Positions 13,700-25,190 of a DNA stretch of 64,000 bases are shown one piece after another. Below the pieces are notes generated by a model. It was not told where the DNA came from, made no database searches, and worked only from the letters and a program-made list of their open reading frames with translations. Position 1 is the stretch's first letter. The number at the start of each line of letters is the position of its first letter. The DNA is taken from positions 14,223,787 through 14,287,786 of the forward strand of contig MU056000.1 in the NCBI GenBank assembly GCA_013239625.1, given 5' to 3'. A program made the translations under genes and the position numbers. The stretch comes from Lama guanicoe (lineage: Eukaryota).

Positions 13700-13960
13700 T
13701 TGGGATACTTTATGTCCTACTGGTTTATTCCCAGAAGTTGCATGTAAGAGAATTTGCCTTCTCCAGTTTCTGGCAATGGATTGCAAATTGTTTTTCAAAA
13801 CTGCTGTATTAATTTTCACTTCCACCAGGAATAACTATAAATAAGAGTTTTATCACACCTTTGCCAGCACTGTTTCAAAACTTATTTGTAATATAATGAT
13901 TCAATAGGTTCAAATGGCATCCTGTCTTCTTTTAAATCCCATTGATAAATGTGAGTTTAA
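13700..13960 (-). mobile_element. Old L1 (L1ME-like) fragment
   Basis: TTGCAAATTGTTTTTCAAAACTGCTGTATTAATTTTCACTTCCACCAG...CACCTTTGCCAGCACTG is antisense to the L1 ORF2 C-terminus. Confidence 0.7.
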
Positions 13961-16084
13961 CCTAGATAGATATTTTTATTTTAAATATTTTTGGCATCAG
14001 GTAGACTGAAAATAATTGGATCAAGTAAAATTGCCAGTCACATGGGACTGTACACAGTTACATATAAATCATATATTGACCGTAAAGGCCTAAATATAAT
14101 GACAATAAATATCTATTTGAAGGTCCTTATGATCACCTGTACATGAAATGAAATAGAAATGATAGTTGAATTCCTCTTTCCTGTGGAGGCATCTGCAAAA
14201 CCTAAATTCACTTTACTGGCAATTCATCTTTCATATTCTATGCAGCGTGAGTAAAATATTGAATAAGACAGTCCTGGGGAGCTCAGATAAGTGAAATATT
14301 TGAAAAAGCAAATATTTCAGTTAAATTCTTTCAGGGATCAAATTTTGCTCATTTTTCCTCAGATTTCCAAGAAGTTTCCCAAAGTGATGCAGCCCAGCAG
14401 TGTAGAAGTTTACATACCAGCACATTTTTTTTATAGTTACAGAAGCAACATCTGGGCATATCAGGATACACAAGACCAAATGCTCCTCTTACATCTGCTC
14501 CCACATTTCCCTGATGTCCACTTATTTTCCTGGAAATCTCTTCTTGGAACATGTACTACACTTAAAAGTCAAAACACTATCAATAATAATAGAGATACTA
14601 AATTAATTTATGTTGGCCTTCTATTTACTCTTCACTTAAAAATGTTTAATAGGGTATTACTTAAATGAACAGTACCACATCTTTGCAATAATATGCAGTA
14701 GTTACAATATATAACACTCAGTATGGCAGGGACATCAACCAATCTGGAATTACCCTAGCTGAATGAGAAGAGAAATCTGCAAACACATGTATCCCTAACA
14801 TCGAATTAGATTTAAATATCATTTCTGTGCATAATGGTGTTCTTGTTAAACTCATGAATCCTCTGCATAATCATGTGGAAGAGAATAGGCTATGATATTA
14901 GTTGGGTATTACAGCAACTTGTGTTTATTTTACCTAGATATTTATATTTGAACATATTCTATATAATTGCATGCATATCTATATATCTTTAACATTAAAT
15001 CTATATTAATTTCATATTTATATGTAGACATATTAATCTACTCATTTAAAACATCACTTAAAAATGTATACTCAACTGTTACTAATGGTAATTATTGAAG
15101 ATTGAATTTCAAGGTGCATTCTTAAAAGATACAGTTCTGTATCTTTAAACAAATTTTATATGTGGACAGTATAGGGAAAGATGGAAAGAAGAGAAAAAAT
15201 TGAGTTTTATCCATAATATAAATCACTTATTTCAAAATGAAGATGTTCTAGTTCATTCATGAAAAAACATTTTAAGAACTAAGACTGCCATTTCTCAAGT
15301 CGACTTTTAACTACTCCAGAATAGCTGGAAGATTTAGCCTGCAGAGTCAATTCTCAACAAATAAATCAGCAAAGACATTGAACCTACGATAATTTACTAA
15401 CATTGATGTAGATCTTTATAAACTACAACCTATTGAAACAACTTGTATTGTTTGGTTCTTATGAGCGTTCTTATCCCCTTTTGAAGAGGAGGAAGAATGG
15501 CCTATACACAAGTGACATGTGACACAAGTAATTTGTGGCAGGATCCAAGTTCTGCCACGTCTTCATTATGCTTGGTATTTTTTTCCATTGTGTTATATAT
15601 CACCATCGGTTAAGAACTACACTTTTCAAACCAAAATGCTTTCATTTTACTTCTGGACCTTTGAATATTATAAAATACTCCTAGCACACAGAATTACTAG
15701 AGTGAACTAGAGTGAGCAACCCCCATCCCTGCACCCAAAACATATGCATACTCAAATAACATATTAAAATCAATTGTAAAGAACATCCGTGTCTTTCATT
15801 TATTATTTATATTAAAAGTTCATCAGAAAGAAACAAATTCAAGTGAAATTTGTCTTCAGACTCAATATCTGTATTTTCCTTTTCCTCAGTTTTTATTTCC
15901 CCCTGTTCCCACAAATGTGAGCATGTGATAACACAGCCTGCATGCTCAGTTCACAGAAAAAGTAATCCTGGTAAGCTCTTCCACAGTTTTCTGTTAGGGA
16001 TGCAGTGAAACACAAGTTGAAATCCATTCCCAGCAAGAAAAGAGGGATCATCGTAGATCACCCAAAACTGTACATGGACAGTTT

Positions 16085-16297
16085 CAATGGAAGAAAAGTG
16101 TAAATTTCGCCTCCCAGAGAAAAGTTAACAACCTCTTGAAATATTTTTGGTTGTCACAATTTGGGGGGTGCTGCTACTAGCATCTAGCGGGTAGAAAAGA
16201 GGGATGTTGCTAGGATCCCACAATGCACAGGAAAGCCCTCCCACCATCAGAATTATACAGACCCAAAGCTCAATAGCTCCAAGGTTGAGGAGCACTA
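16085..16297 (+). mobile_element. MER20 (hAT-Charlie non-autonomous DNA transposon)
   Basis: ATTTTTGGTTGTCACAATTTGGGGGGTGCTGCTACTAGCATCTAGCGGGTAGA...CACAATGCACAGGA...AAGGTTGAG matches the MER20 consensus. Confidence 0.9.
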
Positions 16298-18531
16298 ATC
16301 CAGAATATAGCCCTATAGACGTGTATAATGCAGCTACAAGGAAGGCATGTACTTAGGCAAAGTAAGGAGTCTGAAGCCCTCTACTTAATAATAATAAAAA
16401 AAAAACAAAAAGACATCTTACACAGGATCTTAAATCTCTCCGTCTTTTTCTCTCACTTTCCACTCCACTAAACTGCATCAGATACATGCATTCGAAATAA
16501 GTAAATTTTTTCCAGGTCAGTAAGTTCAATATGCTTTATCCAAGATCTACTGTAGGGTCCATGTATGTTTAAGATGATAAAGGACAATTATATTAGGTAC
16601 CATCTATATAAATATCTTATATACTTCAGTCTTCTGATCATCAACAAGTCAAATACAGGACAGGGACACACAAACTTGTGAACACGTGGTTTGTATTTCA
16701 CGGACCACACAAATCAATGAAACGCATAACGATGACATTTATATAAGCCAAATGAAGAGTATTTTATATTTACTATATATAGTACCCTTCATCTAAAGAA
16801 TGTATCAACTTGGACCAAGTGACTCATTCATTCTCATGATTCCACTATATCCATCCAAAATAGCTCAGCAGAAGGAATAATAGTTTACAATTTGCTTAGT
16901 GTATAGACTGATCAAGCACCGGCTGCTACTGACCAGGCTTGCAATTACTCTAGCTAATTACATTCAACATTCACTGGATAGAGTTACACCTAGAGCTTCC
17001 TGTCACTTGCCTTCTTTCTACTATTATATCCCCCTTGCTATTGGGTTATCTTTAATTGGACATTTCCACTGTATCTAAAATAACAAATCCTCATTTTCCA
17101 CCTCGCACTGTTGTCTGGATAGGAAATCAAATGATCATTGGTATCATTTCATGTTTTTCCCCCTTTAAGATAGCTATCTCTGTGAAAAGCATCAGCATTA
17201 CAGGTTATAAAATACTTATCCACCAAGGCCCACTACATGAATGCCTTATTAAGTGAAGAAATGGGTTGACCCATCTCAGGTTAATTTATTAGCAGGAAGT
17301 CTGGAATTTAACAAATAACAGGAGGCTTGAAAGAAACAAATGATGATTGGCCCTTGGACCAGCATGTTAGACTATAGAACTGATTCTCTACTAGTATCAC
17401 ATCCTGTCTCCCTCCTCCCACATCCAAAAAGGTACATACCAGCAAGATCTAGTCTGGACTTCTAACTCCTGATTTAGAATTAGATGTTTTCTCTGATAAG
17501 ACAAGTCCACTGAAACAGAAGCAAACAATTACTGCATAAGGAAAGCCCCCTGCTTTGAAAAATCTGTGGGTGATCCCAGAGTGGAAAATAAAGGTTCTAA
17601 AACATAGTCAGAGCCTATAGGGTTTTTTTTTTGTTTTTTTTTTTTTGGCTGGGTAATAAAATCTTTCTCTGATCTGTCTCTTTCAGCTCAAAGCAGTGAT
17701 GCCATCACCTGAGCAAACCAAAGACCATAATAATTTTAGCTAAGATTTTCGTTTTAGCATTTCTTCATTTTTAGCAAAGAAACAGCAAGGCATATTTACT
17801 CATAATTAATCTGAAAGTTCATTAAATACAACAGGCATTGATGTAAGCAAATACTTTAATAACTAGCTAATAAAATTTTATTTTTTTCACCTGTTACATA
17901 TGACAGGTTTTCCTCGTTCCACATCTATAGGCACAACACACAACACCACACACACACACAAACATGCATAAGGCATAATTTTACCTTGTTTTTAAGACAT
18001 GAGAATTAAGACAAAATATTTTCAAACTCAAACAAATCAGGTTCAGGAAGTTAAGAAATGAATCAGAGTTAACAAACATAAGGGCATATACTAAAGTGTT
18101 TCGATCACAGGAGGCTGCCTAATACCTTCTCATGCATCATTTATAGTGCCCTTTAAAAGAAGAAAAAGTTTCATAAGCTTTAATAAGCATTTATGGAAGC
18201 GTTTCATGGGAGAAAAAAAAAAGAATGAAAGGAGAAAATGAGTCTTGCCCTGCCGCAGCTTCAGTGCCCAGATACCACGTAATTTTAGAGGATACTGGAA
18301 AGGCAATAATTAAAAAGCACTATGGAAATTTCAATGTCAACATCCCTATTTCTATTCTGACAAGGCTTCCCCTCACTTTCCCGGAGAGACATAAATGACA
18401 GCTTATTTTCATGCCATCACTATTCAAATGTGCCTTGCAGAGTATCCTTCCAACTTCTTCAGGGGCAGGGCAGAGAACAGCACAGCCACAGATAAACATA
18501 AACAGAGACCCCGCTGGATCATCAGACTCAC

Positions 18532-18632
18532 ATTCCATAGGCTCGATGGCAACCTTCCTGGTTAAGAAATTTAAAAAACTAGCGATAAGGCTTACGAAGC
18601 ATTAGCTCCAACTTTCCCATTCGCAGCAGATC
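18532..18632 (-). other. Candidate second exon of the minus-strand gene (26 nt 18532-18557 or 101 nt 18532-18632), ending ...CCTATGGAAT
   Basis: Minus-strand donor AAT|GTGAGT at 18531-18530; acceptors TTTCTTAACCAG| (18559-18558) and GGTTTCACAG| (18634-18633); ATG at 18538-18536. Confidence 0.45.
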
Positions 18633-18759
18633 CTGTGAAACCAACCCAGGGAGGAAGATTTCGCCAAATACTGTTTTGACTCAGAACCGGGTAAGCAGCC
18701 CCACTGCACAAAAATATGAATGTCACTCCATAGTAAAGTGTCGTCTCTGGAAGCCTTAC

Positions 18760-18925
18760 CTTGGCTGACTTGCCCTAACTGGTGGAAAGGAACTTAATTT
18801 AGGAGAAGCAAAGAGGGGACTTTGCAGGGCTCGCGGCACCGCGGCTCGGTCCTCGGAGAGCCCCGGACTGGGCTCTGCGCTCCTGCGAGCCCCGGGCTCC
18901 GCGGCTCGGGCGCTGCAGCTCCGGA
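18760..18925 (-). other. Putative first exon of an unidentified minus-strand gene (5' end approximate)
   Basis: GC-rich sequence downstream of a minus-oriented CCAAT box, ending at a strong donor CCAAG|GTAAGG (GT at 18759-18758). Confidence 0.6.
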
Positions 18926-19290
18926 GCGCGCCTCTGATTGGCTGGCGGAGCCTGTCCGCCTGATCCTCTCCTCTCCGCGTCTCTCCTCCTTCCTCTCCTC
19001 CCCGGCTCTCCCGGCCCCTGCCTTTCCCTCTCTCTCTCCTTTTCTCCCCCTCGTCCTACCTACTTTGGGGACCTCAAAAATTCTGCAGCCCGCAGAAGGG
19101 ACACCCTTTAGCCCCCTGGGCAAGGTCACGCGCAGAGCAGTGCCATTAATGAAATGATTACAGTATCAAAACCCTGGACCGGCGGCATCGTCTTTAGTCT
19201 CACGGCTCTTGAAAAATGACGGCCGGGACTCCGTGACAGTTTAGACCCTCGGTTCTCCGCGGGGGCGGGGAAACCGGGGACCAGAAGGGG
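18820..19290. promoter_or_regulatory. CpG-island promoter
   Basis: The only CpG-dense, GC-rich block in the window; contains CAGCCAATCAGAG on the minus strand (ATTGG at 18937-18941), GC box GGGGCGGGG at 19262-19270 and a long pyrimidine tract. Confidence 0.88.
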
Positions 19291-19652
19291 TTTGTTTGAC
19301 TGTCAGATGGAGTGGGAGTAGACATCGGGAGGGAAGGAGAGAAAGAAGCAGGCAGGGGCAGGCACTGATGTGGCAGGCTGGTAATAAATTTTCCTGTTTC
19401 CGTGCAAAGTCGTCACAGCCTGCTAAACATTCAACTGCTGGCTCATTCCTCAGTGATCCATAGTCCGGTGGTAGCCGTGAGATTTAGCTTGAGCAATGCC
19501 CTTTAATGCCTCACCCCCAAGTACTCGAGACGTGGAGGGTCTATAAGAGGTAGAGCTTTCCCTTGGAGGTAAGCATTATATTTGTGAAAACGGATCGGAA
19601 CTGCAATGCCTTTCCTAGCTTCTTTACTTGTACCAGGAAAACTCTTAACACC

Positions 19653-19680
19653 ACACACACACACAAACACACACACTCAC
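19653..19680. repeat. Interrupted (CA)n microsatellite
   Basis: Directly visible. Confidence 0.9.
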
Positions 19681-20069
19681 TCCACAACTTCTAATCTCTT
19701 ATTACTCCAGAATAAATTTAAATGATTTGTAGTGTACATAGCTTTTGATAACAAGGACTTCAGGCTTGATTGGCTGTGTTCACAATTGATGTGATGTGAT
19801 TTGAGCCCTTTCTCCCAACACAAAGTCACCCACCCTCACTCATTAGGAACATCAAGCATCCCCATTTAAAGCAGTGTAGTAAACAAGTGTGGGAGTTTAT
19901 CTAAATTGAATGGCTATTCCAAGGGTAACTTGGCAGATACATTAAGAATTATACAAGACCCTCTGTCATTGCAGCCACTAAGAGAGCAGCATTACTTCCT
20001 CTGGTTAGGTGATACTATAAATACTCAGGTTCAGAGATTCAAAGGAACAAGAATGCTTAAGCTCAAGAG

Positions 20070-20300
20070 AGGTAGTGTCATAGAGGGAACCAGCCCTCTA
20101 AAGGCCCGAAGACATTGATTCAAATTCTGTCTCAGATTTTCCTCTATACCAGGACCTATCTAAGCTGTTTGATTTCTCAGAGTCTCAGGAAGCATCTCTC
20201 TAAAATCTAGACAGTAATCTTCACTTTAGAGGGTCTCTGCAAAGATTAAGTGAACATCCGTGCCATTGTGGCTCAGTCATAGTAAATTTCTAATGAAGGT
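20070..20300 (+). mobile_element. MIR SINE
   Basis: GAAGACATTGATTCAAATTCTGTCTC...TCTCAGAGTCTCAG...TAAAAT...AAGATTAAGTGA has the MIR layout. Confidence 0.65.
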
Positions 20301-22357
20301 TAGTAACGCCTTATCATGTCCCTCTTTTCTCCTGCCTCAAGAAAAGTCAAAGAAATGGAGAAGATAAGGTAAATGGTATTTCAAGGGAATTTAATGGACC
20401 TAAGAAGAAATGTTCTGAATCAACCAGAGCTATTTTGACAACCTTTATTTAGCTGGAGTGATGTGACATGTGGAAGGATTTAATTTAGGTTGGGGTTTGG
20501 GTATGATGAAACAAACCAACAGAAACAATGAAAGTAGCACTCAGCTTGGATTATTTTTTAATTGTGAAGGAATCACACATTTAAGTGCATAGCTACTCCT
20601 AAGGAAGATATTAGGGGTCAATTAGAATTCGGAAATCTCCAAAATCTAAACTCTCAGGGAAAAGTGGGAGGGAAACAATAGCATCAGAATAATGAGCCCG
20701 TGTTGTATTATGTTCCGTATATTCGCTCTCACGCAGTTTCTGATTTAAATGAGATTTCCCTTGCATGGTAACCAGACATAAAATCTTATTCATTTGTGGT
20801 TACTGAAAAGAATCCATTTCAAGTCTTCCTGTGTTGATGAAACCCTGGGAGCACAAAGAAAAGAATAATTATGAAAAATAAGGGGGACCAAAAGTGGAAC
20901 TTTGGGCGTGTAAGGGGTGATGTAGTTTAACTTTAAAATTTCACATGATGACATTCTCTCGAGAAGCTGAACTCTTTTATTTGGCTGCCTCTAGTTGGAT
21001 GAAATAAAATGTCTATCAGTTTACTACTGAAGCTTTTGCTGAGACACCAGCCCTGAGTGTCTTAGGGACACACTTGAAGACACTGTGTTTTGCCAGCCTT
21101 CCTTGGTGGTTTTCCCTGGGTAAGACCTTAATAAGCACATTGAGTGCAAGGTCATAATGGAAGTCAACAAGCCCTTTTCCTGAGTGGGGATAGTATGCAG
21201 AAGAATTTGTCAGCAACACCAAACAATACAATCCATTTTCAGAAAAAAAAAAAAAACATTCCTTGAGGGAGAATTTATATCTATGAGACTGTGCTCAGAT
21301 TAAGGGCTCTAAATTATCCCCAATTTTTTTTTTTGGAGTAAATACATTTATTGATACCCATTTTATATAGTTCAATTAAACAATCTATAAATATAAAAAC
21401 ATTTTTCTTTTGATTATCACCATGGTCCCCGAAAATACTCAACAGTCAGAATCGTCTTCGGGAAGCACTCCAAGTCACATAGTTAATTTTATGTTAATTA
21501 ATGGAAAAGGTATCCACCTCCAACAAAAAGAAAAATTATGAATTAATATCCTAGGTGAATATCCTAGATTAATAGTCACAGGTGACATCTGGCTTCAGAA
21601 TCCCAGAGACAAAGTATGTTTACCAATATACATTGCGGTACCATGTGCTATCTTCAACAACCAGGGGATAGTCCACCGGTGCCTTAGGGTCATTCAAAGA
21701 TGCAATATACAATGGATTTACACGGCTTCTGAAGTTTGATATTCTGGAACCACACCAACTTTCCCTTGCCCTAGAAAAGCAAGCCTGGCAGCCACTTAGT
21801 GGATCTCTTGTATTTTCAGTTAAAAAGGAAAAAGTAAGTGAGCCTATGGGGAACGTGCTGCTTGGGCAAAGCCAGGTGGTAGGCAGGTGTTTATTTTCTC
21901 CTTATGTCAAAGATTACTTCAAAAAACTGGACAGTGTATCAGTCAGCAGAATTTATTACAGAGCTAATCTCTGAAACTGAAAGCATGGACATTTCTGATC
22001 CTGAGTCCCCGCTTGTGTTACCTTGGGAGAGTTATAAGAACCATTTTCCTTTGTGACAGAGAAGCATCCAACACAAGATTGATACTGGTCAGGCTACAGA
22101 AACTGGAAAGATAAATTTGTAATGCTAAACTGTGATTGTTCTCTGAGAGACAGACTCAGGAAATTGTCTCTTTAGATGTCATCTCACGCTCAATTTTACC
22201 CTAGAAATTACCCTAAGCTGCTATGCAACATTTTCCAACATCAATAAAGAAGGAATGTAAATGAAATATATAAATATCCTTTGCTGTAATTCAGCACTTA
22301 GAACAATTAACTACACAAACATGACGCTGTGATTGAATTTTAATTGAAATGGGTATT

Positions 22358-22410
22358 GAAATTACACACTGAAACTGACTATACTTCAATAAAAAAATTT
22401 AAAAAAAGAA
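22358..22410 (+). mobile_element. Very short L1 3' tail
   Basis: GAAATTACACACTGAAACTGACTATACTTCAATAAAAAAA is the same terminal motif seen in the other L1 ends here. Confidence 0.7.
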
Positions 22411-22579
22411 ATTACAATAATTTAAAAGTGATTTTTATGTAAAGAAAAACAGCTGGGAAACATGAAGCAATACATACTTTCCTTCGCAGCTATTTATTCA
22501 GCTATTTATTTTATGTGCTTGGGTGACGAGTACTACAGATTGTGCATTTTTGTTAAGAGAATAAAGGAGAAAACTTACA

Positions 22580-22949
22580 GTCAAAGACAAATATCATGTG
22601 ATATCACTTATACATGAAATCTAAAAAAGTGCTACCGATGAACTTATTTACAAAACAGAAGTAGACTCACAGACATAGAAAACAAACTTAAGGTTACCAA
22701 AGAGGAAAGAAGGTGAGGGATACATTAAGAGTTTGGGATTAACAGATACAACCTACTATATATAAAATAGATAAATAACAAGGTCCTACTATATAGCACA
22801 GAGAACTATATTCATTATCTTGTAATAACCTATAATGGAAAAGAATCTGAAAAGGAATGTATATATATATATATCTGAATCACTTTGTTGTATACCTGAA
22901 ATTAACAAAACATTGTAAATAAACTATACTTCAAAAAATAAACAAAAAA
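22580..22949 (+). mobile_element. 5'-truncated artiodactyl-type L1 3' end with TSD
   Basis: AAAGACAAATATCATGTGATATCACTTATA...CATTGTAAATAAACTATACTTCAAAAAA; perfect 13-bp direct repeat GAGAAAACTTACA at 22567-22579 and 22950-22962. Confidence 0.93.
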
Positions 22950-23234
22950 GAGAAAACTTACATTGATTAAAAAATATTATGTCTAAGTGTAAGCTTAAAG
23001 ATGATGTAATAAAGTTAACATTTATCATCCTGTTATTACACTTCAGATTGAGATTTGCAGAGAACTGGGAAAATATTGATGCAGGAAAATGAAGGAGAGA
23101 GAGTGAAAATAAATTGAAGTTAATTATATGTGTAATTAATTGTAAAAAGTGGTGCCTTTCTTACTCATGATAATTAGATAAATACACTTTTAGTTTTCTT
23201 CAGTGCATGTAAATTATCTCAAAAATGGACTTTT

Positions 23235-23330
23235 GGGGGGGGTCTAAGGGAGCATAGCTCAATGGTAGAATATGATAAATGTTTAGCATGTCCGGGGTCC
23301 TGGGTTCAATTTCCAGTACCACCATTAAAA
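23235..23330 (+). mobile_element. tRNA-Ala-derived SINE (camelid Vic-1-like), 5' part
   Basis: A-box TAGCTCAATGG, anticodon-like TTAGCATG and B-box GGTTCAATTTCC, followed by an A-rich linker. Confidence 0.8.
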
Positions 23331-23332
23331 GT

Positions 23333-24069
23333 AAAGGGAGCCCTCCTACACTGCTGGTAGGAATGCAGTTTGGTGCAGCCACTGTGGAAAGCAGTGTGGA
23401 GATTCCTCAAAAGCCTAGGAATAGACTTACCATATGACCCAGGAATCCTGCTCCTGGGCATCTATCCAGAAGGAACCCTACTTCAAAAAGACACCTGCAC
23501 CCCAGTGTTCATAGCAGCACTATTTGCAATAGCCAAGACATGGAAACAGCCTAAATGTCCATCGACAGATGACTGGATAAAGAAGAGATGGTATATTTAT
23601 ACAATGGAATACTATTCAGCCATAAAAACCAACAACATAACGCCATTTGCAACAACATGGATGTTACTGGAGAATGTCATTCTAAGTGAAGTAAGCCAGA
23701 AAGAGAAAGAAAAGTGCCATATGAGATCCCTCATATGTGGAATCTAAAAAACAAACAAACAAACAAAAAACCCATAAATACAAAACAGAAACAGACTCAT
23801 AGACAGAATACAAACTTGTGGTTGCCAAGCAGGCGGGAGGTGGGAAGGGACAGACTGGGATTTCAAAATGTAGAATAGATAAGCAAGATTATACTGTATA
23901 ACACAGGGAAATATATACAAGTTCTTGTGGTAGCTCACAGCAAAAAAAAAAAAAATGTGACAATGAATATACGTATGTTCTTGTATAACTGAAAAGTTGT
24001 GCTCTACACTGGAATTTGACACAACATTGTAAAATGACTATTACTCAATAAAAAAATGTTAAAAAAAAA
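23333..24069 (+). mobile_element. Young 5'-truncated L1 (ORF2 C-terminus, 3'UTR and poly-A) inserted inside the SINE
   Basis: Frame 23370-23747 encodes an uninterrupted L1 ORF2 C-terminus ([13 protein letters not shown]...LPYDP...WKQPKCPS..DWIKK.WYIYTMEYYSAIK), then 3'UTR, AATAAA and A tail. Confidence 0.96.
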
Positions 24070-24097
24070 CCCAGCATTGTACGTTCAGATAAAAAAT

Positions 24098-24160
24098 AAA
24101 GTAATAAACCTAATTACCTCCCCCTCCAAAAATAAAAGATTAAAAAGTAAATAAAATTAA
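24098..24160 (+). mobile_element. 3' part of the same SINE
   Basis: AATAAACCTAATTACCTCCCCCTCCAAAAATAAAA is the tail I recall for the camelid tRNA-SINE. Confidence 0.72.
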
Positions 24161-24939
24161 ATAGATCTAGTGGGGCAGTGTTAATACTTGATAAAGGGAA
24201 AAGTAAAACTCCTAAATTTCTATTGTAAATATTTTATTTCCAAAAAATAAATCCTTGTTACACTATAAATGATAGAATAAGGACACTGGGTTCCAGGATA
24301 AGTGAAAAATGTGCTAACTAATGGGCCTGAATTTTAAGTGATTAATTTCTGGACAAAGATCACACAAAGTACTTGCCAGTACTTTAAAAAGATATATGAA
24401 ATCATGTTGGTAAGGTTTGAAGATTTGGTGAAAACAGTGCAGTAATATAAGAGATAAGCAATATTTCCCCCATGTTTCAGACATGATTGAACAGGGAGTC
24501 TATAGGTAAGAAATTATCAAACTAAATGTGTCACCTGGCCAAGTTATAAGGTGATTTACTAAAGAGACGAGCATACCAGTAAGGAAAGAAAACAGTGGGG
24601 TCACCTGAGTCTGTATCACGTTCACATAATAGTCATTTCAAAATAATCCCATTGCTTTCAATGACAGACACTCTAGACAGGAAATAGGGGGAATGCACGT
24701 GATATGATATTTCTATATGTCATCATTATCTCTCTTGATTTCATTAGAACCCACACGGAGAAGTTTTACTGCAATTATTTACTGTAGCAGCTCGTTAAGG
24801 TACCATTCTCACTTGTTTAGAAAAGAAGAGGTGCTTCCTTGGAGGCATATTTCTAGTAGTAAGCGGCAGAGTTCTAACTCCAAACACGATCATGGTTTTA
24901 TCAGTGCTATGAACACTGAAGTCATCCATAGAAATTTTA

Positions 24940-25190
24940 TACCAAAACTAGTGTATTTGGATAAAGAACTGGAAAAAAATTAAGAAGTCTTGAATAACTT
25001 GGTTGTTATCTCAAATCTAACAAAGAAGAAATACTACAGCTGGGTCCAAAAGTATGAATGTATTAAAAATATGGCAGTGGGGACAAGTCTTTGAATGAAA
25101 ACTTGTGAATAAGACTTAGATTTTTAATTCGACTGACAGTCATTTTAGTGTAAATCAATTATGTGATATGATTATCAAAAATGTTAATAT
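24940..25190 (+). mobile_element. L3/CR1 LINE remnant
   Basis: AATCTAACAAAG...CTGGGTCCAAAA...TGTGAATAAGACTTAG...AATCAATTATGTGATATGATTATCAAAAATGTTAAT follows the order of the L3 RT C-terminal region. Confidence 0.65.

Noticed and set aside
14291..14668. 125-aa ORF
   Set aside because: GTG start, AT-rich random-looking composition and no exon signals.
18794..19157. Two overlapping 111-aa ORFs in the CpG island
   Set aside because: Non-ATG starts, low-complexity translation and stop-codon scarcity expected from high GC content.
23245..23325. tRNA gene
   Set aside because: A and B boxes are present, but the stems are disrupted and an A-rich SINE tail follows; it is a tRNA-derived SINE.
23370..23747. 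125-aa ORF as a host gene
   Set aside because: It is the C-terminus of L1 ORF2 in a 5'-truncated copy, with no true start codon.
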